DNA of 64,000 nt, from NCBI RefSeq assembly GCF_006345805.1, contig NC_043005.1, positions 98,394,001 to 98,458,000 of the forward strand, read 5' to 3'. The position numbers and the translations under genes are program-made. The DNA comes from Octopus sinensis (lineage: Eukaryota). This document shows, in pieces, positions 52,130-64,000 of this stretch. How positions within the stretch are numbered: the first letter of the stretch is position 1; each line of letters starts with the position of its first letter. The notes under the pieces were generated by a model. It saw nothing but the letters and a program-made list of their open reading frames with translations, was not told the origin of the DNA and searched no databases.

Positions 52130-55009
52130 TATATATATATATATACACACACATTTCTAATAATGATTTCTAATATATACACAAGGCCACACATTTTGGG
52201 AAGAGATGCAAGCTTCTCATATTGACTCAAATACTTTTACTTGTACTTATTTACCCTTGAAAGACAAAAGGCAGAGCTGATAAAACTGGGAATGAAAGAT
52301 TTTTAACTACAGCAAAAGACCAAAGCCTCCCACCAGAAAATATCAAAAGCACATAATAAAGCAGTATATAAAAGTAACAACAGAATTAAGAATGAAGGTG
52401 AGGAAGAAACAATCACATTGGTTTAGGTAGCATAATCTTAACAAAAACAAGGGGGGAATATGTATGTAGATGAAGGCACAACAGAATTCACACTTTCAGA
52501 CACAGAAAAAGTCTCAAAGAATAACAATGAGACTATACTCTAGGATATACCAATTCATACAGAGAGGGAGATTAAGGATAAGTGGCCAGATATTGTTGTC
52601 AATGACTCCCAGAAGAGAAAATATCTCTTAAATATTGTATCAGATGATAATATATATATCCAGAAGAAATGAAGAAATTATCCAATATAAAAATCTGGAA
52701 ATAGCAATAACCAGAATATGAAAACAGAAATAATCCCTAAAATAAAAAGCAGCAAGGAAATTACTTAAAAAAATGTAGACAAACCATAATTTCAGACACA
52801 ATCAAAATTTCAGTGCTTATACAAACTGCTACTTCTAATCACAATGTTTGATGCCTTACTTTACTTGAAAGCTGGTAGAAAAGTGTTTGCTATAAATTTA
52901 CACATTTGTTTTGCATATTGAAGCTTGAATGTTCTGACTGAATAAAATGAGTGATTTTCAGCTACTGTTTTTTTTTTTTTTTTTGTAACAATTTATGTAA
53001 CTAAAACATTGTATCATTTTAATAAATATTTCATAAAGTAGAGAAAACATTGAGATTCAGAAGCAATTGGTTTCAAATCATTATATAGCTGTGAGGGGGA
53101 GATCCCCGGCATAGAACAAGTTGAGCAACAGCGAGATATATTTTCAATGATTCTTCAAATTTAAATTTATGTGTTGTGTAAAGCCCAGAATTATACGGAA
53201 GCACAAGATAGGCAACAGATTTTTAAATGTATTTTTATAAAATAAACACATAAACAGATGTTTGAAACAGAAAAAGATGAGGTAACAGTCTCTTTAGATT
53301 GAGTTGCAAGGCCTGTTTGAAGACATTGTAAAAATACTGGAAGAGAAAGATTCTTGAAGATATTATTTGTATCAATACATTGGTTAGCCATATACACAAT
53401 GATAGTAGTATTTTTTAAAATCCATTTCTTTCTGCTCTTGTAGTAAGGACTGCAGATGTTAATGTGACTATTTTTGACTAAAATACCAACCTTTCTGTTA
53501 TTCTGGTTAGATTGTTTTTTTTCCTTTGCTAGACAAATAGAGTGATAGAGGCTAGCACAAAAACGGCATCATCTAAAAGTTGATTTGTTCAAGATGACAA
53601 TAACATGCTCGTTGCTAAGGGAGCTGGACTCTATGCTCAAATTCTAAACAGGGCATTAAGAAGATTGCTTGTATGCTTCAGCATTTTTCTAAAAAGCTTT
53701 CAATCAATGAGTTTAGGTGAATGCCTGTTCCAAATTCAAGAGTTCTGAAGCAATCTTTATCATAAAGGGTCAGAGGAGAGACTGGAAATATAGAATTGCC
53801 TAATACTTTCTTCTAAATATAAACCAGCAGTAACAGCCTGAAATTTATAGTGCCTAGCAAAGCTGTAAAAACCTGTAATATAAGATGCAATTGATATCTG
53901 CAAGAAATTGTATTCTTGTTTACTGAAAATGCATGAATGCAATCATTGCAACAATACAGCCAATTCAATTTGCAACATAATAAAAGAATGAAGGTGAGAT
54001 GAAGTTAGTGAGCCCTTTTGTTCACTTTAGTGTTGGAATTCAGCAAAATGCTGAATTTTCCAATGTGCTCACTCTCTACCTGATGAAGTGCTATCAAAAT
54101 GATTTAGTCAAATTTTTTCATTGATGACACATTTCCAAGTTTTAGCTGAATAAATTGTTATAAGGAACAGTAGCCAAGGATCAATCTTTTACATTTTTTG
54201 AGAATTCAAAAAAATCTCAATTAAATTAAAGCCTATCACTTTTAAAAGGGAGAAAAACACATTGGTAGTTCTAGATAATCTTTAAAGGTGAGAGGGTCAA
54301 GGCCAGAATGCCTTTGACTTCATGCTAAATAACTTTAACAACTGAAAGACATTTATTTAAACTTGTCAGAATTCGATGAAACTATATTTATGGGTAAAAT
54401 ACAAGTTTAACAACACTTTTAATCTTTGGAAGAAAACAAAGTTATAGTAAAATGAGATAAATTCTTTTTCAGCAAAAGTTCTCTCTCTCTCTGAGTTTAT
54501 CTGCCTCTAAGTTGAACCAAAGGATATAAAACCATGTTAACTAGTGTCTTATTTTCAAGAACACCAGAAAACTAAATGTTTAAATCTCTCATGAATGGTT
54601 TGAATTACTACTTTCAGTCAAGATGCATTAAGGTAGAAGGCTGGCAGACAGCCATTTGCAGTAAATTTGTACACTGAATTTAAACATTTTTGACTGAATG
54701 AAATGACTAAGTCTTGGCTACTGTTAAGACGTAACATATAGAAAATAGCATTACTAAGCACTGCACACATATCAAGCACAATACAATAAGCTCGAGTTGA
54801 GCAGTGACAGTTGAGCCACTGCCAGCCTCCCCTGATACCTGTGCCGGTGGCACGTAAAAAGCACCCACTACACTCATGGAGTGGTTGGCATTAGGAAGGG
54901 TATCAAGCTGTAGAAACACTGGCAGATCAGACTGGAGCCTGGTGCAGCCTCCTGGCTTCCCAGACCCCGGTCGAACCGCCCAACCCATGCTAGCATGGAA
55001 AACGGATGA

Positions 55010-55070
<61 letters not shown>

Positions 55071-55094
55071 TGATGATATATATATATATGTGTG

Positions 55095-55395
55095 TGGAGG
55101 CGCAATGGCCCAGTGGTTAGGGCAGCGGACTCGCGGTCGTAAGATCGCGGTTTCGATTCCCAGACAGGGCGTTGTGAGTGTTTATTGAGCGAAAACGCCT
55201 AAAGTTCCACGCGGCTCCGACAGGGTAGTGGTGGTGAACCCTGCTGTGCTCTTTCGCCACAACTTTCTCTCACTCTTTCTTCTATTGGCCTGTTCGCTTA
55301 GCCAGCGGGGTGGCATCATTTGAAGGCTAAAACAATGCGAAACGCATTGTGACCAGCGATGTGTAGCAACATCTGATAGCCTAGTCGGTCACGGT
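55095..55395 (+). mobile_element. tRNA-derived SINE (family B), young copy
   Basis: A-box TGGCCCAGTGG at 55106-55116, B-box GTTTCGATTCC at 55150-55160, CpGs retained. Confidence 0.88.
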
Positions 55396-55783
55396 TATAT
55401 ATATATATATGCACACAGACAGAGAGTGGTATGTTTCTATTTACTAAATCCATTAACAAGGCTTTGGTTGGCCAAGGGCTGCATCAGAAGACATATGTTC
55501 AGGGTGCCAGGCAGTAGGACTACAGTAAAAACATAGTTGGAGGGCAAGCTTCTTAAATATACAGGCATTCCCGTACATATATATAATACACACATGCACT
55601 CGCACACACACACACATATATATGAATCCTTATCATCATTTAACATCTGTTTTTCCATGCTGACAATGGCTGGACAGTTTGACAGGATTTGGTGATACTT
55701 CAGTATTTAGTGACCTTTATCTGACAAGATGCACATGGTTTACATATAATATGTTGTAATATTACTAAATCATTTATATTCAT

Positions 55784-56087
55784 GTGGAGGCACGTGGCAT
55801 AGTGGTTAGAGCAGCAGACTCCCGGTCGAGGGATTGCGAGTTCGAATCTCAGACCGGGCAATGTGTGTGTTTATGAGCGAAACACCTCAGCTCCATGCAG
55901 CTCTGGTAATAGTGAACTTCTGCTGACTCTTATATATATACTTTCTCGCACTCTTTCCTTCTGCATTTAGCAACTCACCTGTGACGGACCGGCATCTCAT
56001 CCAGGTGGGGGAACCTATATGCCAATGAAACCGGGAAACCGGCCCTTATGAGCCAGGCATGGCTCAAGAAGGAACAAACAACAACAA
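55784..56087 (+). mobile_element. tRNA-derived SINE (family B variant) with 13-bp TSD
   Basis: TSD CATTTATATTCAT at 55771-55783 and 56088-56100. B-box GTTCGAATCTC. (CAA)n tail. Confidence 0.88.
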
Positions 56088-56999
56088 CATTTATATTCAT
56101 ATTTATACACAAGAAATGTGTGTGCCATGTAGTGTTGAAACACATGTAGCTAAAGAATCAAATATAATAACATAAATTCCACTATTTTATTTAATACATT
56201 TTCTCAAATATTTTACTGGGGAGAACAGCCAAGTCAACAACAGTACTTGGCATACTTGATTAGTATCCTATTTTTATCAGCTCAAGAAAAGCAAAAGACA
56301 AAGTTGATCCCAACAGAATTTGAACTCAGACTGTAACATATCAGGACCTTAATACCACAAGGTATTTTGTTCAACTCTTTTCCAAAACAAACTAGTGACA
56401 TGAATCTGATGACTCAAAAGTGTCATTAATTTAAGCCAGACCATCTCTATAAGAAAATATGATTGAATATTTTTGAATATTCACAAAACCAAATTTGAAA
56501 AGAGATACATATAACATTGTAGAGTATTAATTAAATTTTCCTTAATATGTATAATCCTCATTGTTTACAATGGAGAAGGAACAACGTGGAAAACACAATT
56601 TCTTACATAGGGAAGAGAATTTAAATGAATAGGGGAATGAAAATAAAAATAGTACATTTCAGGTCTTTCCGCAGCGTATAGGTGATGCACATGAAGTAAC
56701 TGCAAATGGGAATTGAAACAAAACAGTAAATATGATTAGCCACAAGCTAACAGTCAAGCCAATGTATCAACTAAGGAGAGAGGGAAAATTACAGATCACA
56801 ACCCTTTACAAAAATATTTTAATTTATCAGAGAAGGGCTGAGACTAATATTTGTTATTTTTCTCAAGGATATTTGTAATGTAAATGAGAGGAAGAGACTA
56901 CAACTAGAAACTGACTAGGAACTCACCTAAAATATACATTATTTGTGCAAGAAAGGTGGGAAAAACAACAACAACATCAAAAACTATAGCAATTTCTGC

Positions 57000-57924
57000 T
57001 TTAGGTACAAGACCAGCAATTTTGAAGGGAGATATTAATAATAATGAAATTATTGTATACAGTGCTCAGGTGCACCACAACTTGTCAGATCAACCCTAGT
57101 AATTGAATGGTAGTTTGTTTTATTGATCCCAAAAGGAAGAAAGGCAAAGTTGATCTCAGAAGGATTTTTAACATAGAATGTAAGGAGTCATTAACAAATA
57201 CTGCAGAACATTTTGCCTGATGCTCTAATGATTCTACCAATCCACTACTTTTAATAATAATAATCCTTCCTACTATAGGCACAAGGCCTGAAATTTTTTA
57301 GAGGATGGAGTAATCAATTACATCAATTCTCAGTGCTCAACAATTATTTATCTCATCAACACTTGAAAGTATGACAAAGTCAACCTCAGCAAGAATTGAA
57401 CTCAGTATATAAAGACGGATAAAATGCCACTAAGCATTTTGTCTGGCATGCTAACAATTCTGCCATCTCATTGCCTTAATAATAATCATCTTCATGATTA
57501 CTATTAAGGTGATGATGATTTCAAATTTTTGCAGGTCAGCAAGTTCAGGGGAAGAATGAGTGAATCACATCAAACCCAGTGCTCAACTGGTACTTCTTTT
57601 ATCGTCTCCAAAAGGATGAATGGCAAAGCTGACTTTGTGGAATTTGAACTCAAAATGCTGCTAAGCATTTTCCCAGTGTGCTAACGATACTGCCAGCTCA
57701 TTGCCTTATTAATGATAATTTTTTTCTGACTTAGGCACAAGGCCAGTAGTTTTGACCGATTGGAAACTAATCAGTTAAATTAATACCACTAATTGACTGG
57801 TACTTCATTTTATTGACTCAAAAGGATGAAAGGCAAAGTTAACCTTGGTAAGATCTGAACTCAAGAGAGCAAAAAGGTGAATCAAATAATGTGAAGTATT
57901 CCAGCCAATGCTAACAATTCTGCC

Positions 57925-57962
<38 letters not shown>

Positions 57963-59520
57963 GAGCAGGAGTGGCTGTGTGGTAAGTAACTTGCTTATCA
58001 ATCACATGGTTCCAGGTTCAGTCCCACTGCATGACACCTTGGGCAAGTGTCTTCTACTATAATCTTGGGCCAACCAAAGCCTTATGAGTGGATTTGGTAG
58101 ACAGAAACTGAAAGAAGCCCGTCGTGTATATATATATATATACATATATATGTGTGTGTGTGTGTTTGTGCTTGTCCCCACACCATCGCTTGACAACCAA
58201 TATTGGTGCGTTTATGTCCCCGTAACTTAGCAGTTCGGCAAAAGGTACTGATAGAATAAGTACTAGACTTACAAAGAATAAGTCCTGAGGTCGATTTGTT
58301 TGACAAAAGGCAGTGTTCCAGCATGGCCACATTCAAAAGACTGAAACAAATAAAAGAAAAGAATCCTTTCTATTATAGGCACAGGCCTGAAAATTTTTTG
58401 GGGGGGTTAGTCAATTACATTAACCCTGGTGCTTGACTAGTACTTATTTTATCAACTCTGAAGGGATGAAAGGCAAAGTCAACCATGGTGGAATCTGAAC
58501 TCAAAACCTAAGGACAGAAGAAATATCATTAAGCATTTCACTCGGTGTGCTAATGATTCTGCTAGCTTGCCACCTTAATAATAAATTTGTCACCAGAGGA
58601 TGAGGGGAGGATGATACAAAGACAGACATAAAGTGTGGGGATTTACATAGAATTATAAAGTAAAATTTATTAAAGTCAGTATACATAGTATTCAATATTA
58701 ACAACAAAAAAATTAAATAGTGTAAATATGATACACATCATAAAAAAAGAGCAAGATGAATACAATTCTCCAGTCATAAGAGAACATCTAGGGCCAAAAG
58801 GACAAGTGCCCTCTTCAATTTTTGTTATCTGACTTACAGGTATATACTTAGAATAGTGCTATCCACTTTTGCCATTTTTACCACTTTCATATACCCTTCA
58901 ATAAATTCACTTGAGAGCACCTCCCTCTCCACTCTCACCTTCCTTTTCAAGTAAAATGTGAAAAAGTGCATGAAGGACCAACCACAGAGGAAAGTCTCAG
59001 TCTTCATACCTTTAAGCCTAATCCACCAAATTCTTTCTTTCATTAAAACTACCAGATAATAATAAAAATACTACTATTAATAATAATCCTTTCTTCCTTA
59101 GGCACAAGACTTGAAATTTTGGAGGAAGAGACTAATTGATTGCATTGATAACCGTGTTCCACTGGTACTTAATTTACCAACCCTGAGAGAATAGACAAAG
59201 TTGACCATGGAAGAATTTGAACACAGACCATAAAGACAGAAATGCCACTAAGCATTTTCTCCAGTGCACTGACAATTCTGCTAACTTGCTGCCAATAATA
59301 ATAATAATCCTTTCTACTATAGGCACAAGGCCTGAAGTTTGGGGGAGGGGGATATTTGATTACATCAACCCAAGTACTCAACTGGTACTTATTTTATCAA
59401 CTCTGAAAGGATGAAAGGTAAAGTCAACCTTGGTGGAATCTGAACTCAGAACGTAGTGATGGGTGAAATACCGCTAAGCATTTCACCCAGCGTGAAAACG
59501 ATTCTGCCAGCTCACCGCCT
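57000..59520 (-). mobile_element. Cluster of about seven head-to-tail family A SINE copies separated by (AAT)n tracts, with one family C SINE inside
   Basis: Recurrent AGGCACAAGGCCTGAAA...GGATGAAAGGCAAAGTCAACC...GAACTCA...CTAAGCATTTT...ATTCTGCCAGCTC units at ~57000, 57255, 57515, 57710, 58360, 59080 and 59290. A further copy lies at ~56225-56375. Confidence 0.82.
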
Positions 59521-61444
59521 TAGATAATAATAATAGTAGTAGTAGTAGTAATAATAACAACAACAGTAACAACAAGCAAATACAGAAATTTCAATATAAT
59601 TGAATATCTAGCCTAACCCAAAAAACAACAATTAAGCACAAAAAAATTTATATAATTTTTTTTTTCTTAAATTCTGCTAGTTATAATAAAATAATGCTTA
59701 TGAGAAATTTGCCACCTAAAATTTAATTTTGAGAAAGCAGCAGGTCAAGTTAACATTGTAAACCAATTTTTAAATGCCAGTAGTAGGCGGAGACCATTTA
59801 TATCAGATCAAATTTGAGTTGCTAAGTTGTAGAGCAAGTAAGATATTTTCTACGGATTGATCCAAATAGCAAAAGAAGCAATAAATTTCATAGGAAACAT
59901 TGATATTTGTGAATTTGTCAGATTTTATAATAATAATAATAATGATGTTAATGCAGAAAAGCAGGAAGCAGAGGAAGGTAGTATAAATATAAATACATAA
60001 ACAATTAAAAGATTTAACGATTTATAAATCAGCAAGAATATAAATATAGAGAGATAAAAAACTAAAGGAAAAAATATGCACTAAATGAGAATAGAGATTA
60101 AACCACTTGGAATACATTCTGGTTTAGTTTAATGTAAATAAAAAACAAAAATCAATGTTATAGTTAAAATCCAAAGATTTATTTTATGAGTCAGCTTTCT
60201 ACATTTTTCTCTCTTTTATTATTTTTTCCTAATGAATTTTACATTTTAACTACTAGCTTGATTGGTTAGTTTATTAAAAGACATGCAAAAAAGCTGATCA
60301 AAATTGACTGTACTGTGAACACTAGTTATTTATCAAATTTTAAGCAAGGTTTTCAAATCTTGACTGTGGTCCACCATAATACAAACCATAGAGTTTATTG
60401 AAATTCGAGGCTTGTTGTAGGTTAAAGAGAATACAAGAACACTATATCTCTTTTTAAATTTAAATTTTTATTTTTCTCAAGCCTACAGGTAGAGCTTATT
60501 CCAAATTCTGTGACATTTAATTGACTGAGAGTACAGAAGTGTCCCTTGAAGATGCCAGCTTGTTGCAAGGTTAACTCCATATTTCACCTTTTGCTGGTTT
60601 TCAACAAAGCGAACTAAAGCAATGTGAAATGAAAAACCTCGTTCATGGACACAGTGTGTCTGAGAATCAAATCCACAACCTAATGATCTTGAGCCTAACA
60701 CCAAAATCACTATACCATGTATCTTCACAATAAATAGCTGGACTATCACAAGCTTGGGTCTCTTTAGATTCTTGTCTGGCCCAGTATATGTGTCATTTTC
60801 TTAATTTTAGAAGTAGACAATTTATAAACAAACTGTTGTATGTTAAAGGCAAAGTTGCTTTGATAAAACGTGATGAAATTAATTACATAGTAGAATGGCT
60901 CTCACAGCAATTTTCTGGTCATTAAATGAACAGGGCTATCTACTTACTCTATTACAAAGTAAGTGATACAGTATTCCACAAACACCAGTATTCTTTGTAT
61001 AATCCCCAGGCAGACTCAACATGAAATTGTAACTAAGCAAGCTGTATGAATTGTAGTCATGATCATTCTGATGCTCTTCCACAGTTTCCATCTACCCTAT
61101 TTCACTCACAAAACTTGGATTAACCCAAGGCTATAGTAGAAAAGTCATAGTGGGACTGAACTCAGTATCTCATAACTGCAAAGCCACCATTTTACTCATT
61201 CAGTCATACCAACAACCATTAATTATGTAATATACTACACCTCACATGAATGTGGTCTTTTTTGAAAATATAGTCAGTATATAACTGAGTGTTTATAAGG
61301 TATTTGTACGTAATTCAGAGAGTATGTGACTCGGATTTTCTTGGTTTGGAGAGAGCCAAAGGGTATCCAACACTATGATCGTGTAGTACAGTGTTTCTCA
61401 ATCAAGGCATTCCCCGGGACCCAACAAGTTCATGAAAAATAATC

Positions 61445-62215
61445 ATCATCATCATCGTTTGATGTCTATTTTCCATGCTGGCATGGGTTGGATGGTTTGA
61501 CATGGAGCTAGCCAGCTGGGAATTGTCCAGACTCCAACTGTTTGTTGTGGCATGGTTTCTACAACTGGATACCCTTTCTAACACCAACCACTTGACAGGA
61601 TGTACTGGGTGCTTTTTATGTGCCATTGGCATGGGTGTGTTTATACAGCACTGGCACAGGTGCGTTTATGCAGCACTGACACAGGTGCTTTTTATGTGGC
61701 ACCAGCACCTGAAAGGACAAGCCTGTACATGTGGCAGACAGTGATTTTACTTAGCTTAACATTTCTTATCAAGTACAGCAAATTGCCACATCTCCTGGTC
61801 CCCTGTCATTTCCTCAGTGAGGCACAGCATCCAAAGATCCTCTCTCACAACTTTGTCCAACATCTTCTTGGGTCTACTCCTTTCATAGGTTTCCTCCATA
61901 ATTAGAGCTTGGTACTTCTTTATGCAGCTGCCCTCATCCATATGCATCATATCACCAAACCAGCGCAGTCTTCTCTCTTGCACACAAAATCTGATGTCTC
62001 TTATACCCAGTTTTCCTCTTAAATCATTTATACTCTATTGTGCATGCACACTGATATTACCCATCCAGCAGAGCATGCTAGCTTCATTTCTTCAAGCCTT
62101 TGCAAATCCTCTGTAGTCGAAGCCCATGTTTTACTGCATGTAACATAGCTGCACATACACAGGCATCGTACAATCTACCTTTCACTCTGAGGGAGAAGCC
62201 CTTACTTATCAACAG
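61445..62215 (-). mobile_element. RTE-clade LINE 3' end (ORF terminus, 3' UTR and (GAT)n tail)
   Basis: ERRLRWFG..MHMDEGSCIKK..RSRPKK..DKVVREDL is the typical RTE C-terminus. The UTR ends in ...CCCATGCCAGCATGGAAAATAGACATCAAACGATGATGATGATG. Confidence 0.8.
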
Positions 62216-63687
62216 AGGTAGAAGCTTTAAATAGGTTAAATGCATTTTGAGTTATATCTTGTGTTTAATTTTATATTTGTAATTTTACTATATACATATG
62301 ATACATTTGAAATACTAGCATTATAAGGCAAAGAAACCTTAAGGGAAAAATGACCTCTTTATAGAGAATTGTAAGGGAATTTAGTTTTAACAAAATCACA
62401 GTTAAAATGAAATCTCTTAAACCTTCTTGACAGCATCTAACAAATTTACCAATGCAAAGCCAATGCTAAACTTCCAAACAGATTTACCAATGCCAAGCCA
62501 ATGCCAAACTTTCAAAGATAGTTTTGTGGCTTGTTTAACCATTTAACTAATTTTATGAAAGAGGAAGAAAAGATTTAATAAGAATATATAGTAATTTTTA
62601 TGTAGGATTTCTTTAAGATATGGAATGTATTCCAAGGCTTACCCAGGAATAAAAAAAGTTAGGAAATGCTGGCCTGCTTCTTAATAACTAGCTCTCATTT
62701 AACTTTGGTTTTAAACTAAAACAATATGCATGGTATAATGTATAATTAGGGCAATGAGTGTCAAAGTAACATCCATTTTGCTCATAAGAGAACACTTATA
62801 GTGTCTACACCTAAATCTGAGAGCTTGTGACTCATATATAGTAGACTACAAACTGTAATAGTGCTCTTCCTGGTTATGTATCCTCATTAAGTTTTAACAC
62901 AAGACAATCTACGTATACAAGATTACTCATTTGTGACAATGTTCAACATAATGACTGTAGCAAGGATTTGAAATATAACAGCTGTGAATAAGCACAACAA
63001 TGCAATGACAATTACAAACCACTGAACCATTAACTAAGAACGAGAACATTTTTCAACAAGGAAAATACAACAGCTGCATAAAGGCTGTACAGCAGTTGTG
63101 ATATTTGCTTCAATATTAAATGATTGCTCTTTATCTGTTTAGATACAGTATCTGGGTCTATGTAACTCATGGAATACAAAATTTACTACTACAAATATGG
63201 TTGGTTGTGTATGTGTGTGTATTTATTGTGGTAACGAACACTAAAGAGATCGTCTTCTTTAGACTTTGATAAGTCAGTTTAATTTGGATTAATCAATTTC
63301 CTAGATAGGTTGCCATCATAATGTAGTTTGAAAAGCTTTGCCAATACTCTCTGAGAAAGAGGAAAAGAGCAATCAATGAAAATTGAAGTAAAATAGAATA
63401 ACTAGATAAAGCAAGAATCACTCCATATAATGAAATAAAGTTGGCAATTCAATGAAGCTTAGAAGGTGTGTTTTATTAATTCAGGTCAAAGTAATACACA
63501 GACACAAAGCCATCTTAATGTACTACTAGACTACCCATGATCCATTGGGTCACAGGGAAAGTCTGAGTTTCCCAGCAACGGAGTTTTGTTTCATGGTTTT
63601 TTTTTCTTCTTTACCAGGTTATTTTGCATGCTTTCAACAAATGTGACATCGAAATCACGCATAAGCAGCACCTTTCCCCAGAAAAGG

Positions 63688-63806
63688 AAAGATTTGGCTG
63701 CTATTTCTTGCACGCCCTGCTACCACGTAACAGGTATTTTGGGTCCTTTATTGCAAATAGCAGTTACGTGGTAGCAGGGCATACTAGAAATAGCAGCCAA
63801 ATCTTT
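63688..63806. repeat. 119-bp near-perfect inverted repeat (hairpin)
   Basis: AAAGATTTGGCTGCTATTTCTTGCACGCCCTGCTACCACGTAAC pairs with GTTACGTGGTAGCAGGGCATACTAGAAATAGCAGCCAAATCTTT with 3 mismatches. Confidence 0.92.
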
Positions 63807-64000
63807 GGAAATGAGATACATTGAATGCACTCGAAAAAAAACTATGGAAAAAAATGATTTCACATCAAGGGTATGAACAGGTCTTTTATGAAATATTTAT
63901 GCCAAAAAAAAATTTTGTAATGTTATTCACTTGAAAATAATTTTAAAAAACATTAAAATATTGTCTGTTAAAAGAAAGCTAAAATATAAATACTTACTGT

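Noticed and set aside
53760-53942. Possible upstream KCTD exon after a TTTCAG acceptor
   Set aside because: All frames stop within about 30 codons, and no matching donor could be assigned.
55095-55170. tRNA-like sequences (also 10089, 55784, 16187)
   Set aside because: A and B boxes are present, but there is no complete cloverleaf, and each continues into a SINE body with tail and TSD.

Overview
AT-rich, repeat-dense eukaryotic window. The SINE families and microsatellite style look like coleoid cephalopod, most likely Octopus (recognition, not a database hit). It holds two convergent protein-coding genes about 38 kb apart. (1) The terminal exon of a NIM1K-type Ser/Thr kinase (+, 451-1191), ending in CSIL. 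(2) A minus-strand gene that I can splice from three phase-compatible exons (51319-50650, 48284-47941, 39794-39489) into a ~439-aa protein: disordered R/H/N/Q-rich N-terminus with a Cys/His knuckle, a long coiled coil, and a C-terminal KCTD-type BTB/T1 domain. The rest is largely transposon debris: a full-length 1.29-kb DD34D mariner, a maT-like Tc1/mariner, a Merlin/IS1595-like transposase relic, R4-like, NeSL/R2-like and RTE non-LTR relics, hAT and piggyBac-like MITEs, non-autonomous Helitrons, many SINEs (several with intact TSDs, one nested), foldbacks, a 55-bp minisatellite and one 100-N gap. The best leads concern the KCTD-like gene: a 116-codon in-frame open run behind its UGA-C stop, its unusual architecture, and a candidate cassette/poison exon. 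I found no CRISPR, rRNA or genuine tRNA genes, and no clear evidence of a wholly new multi-gene system.
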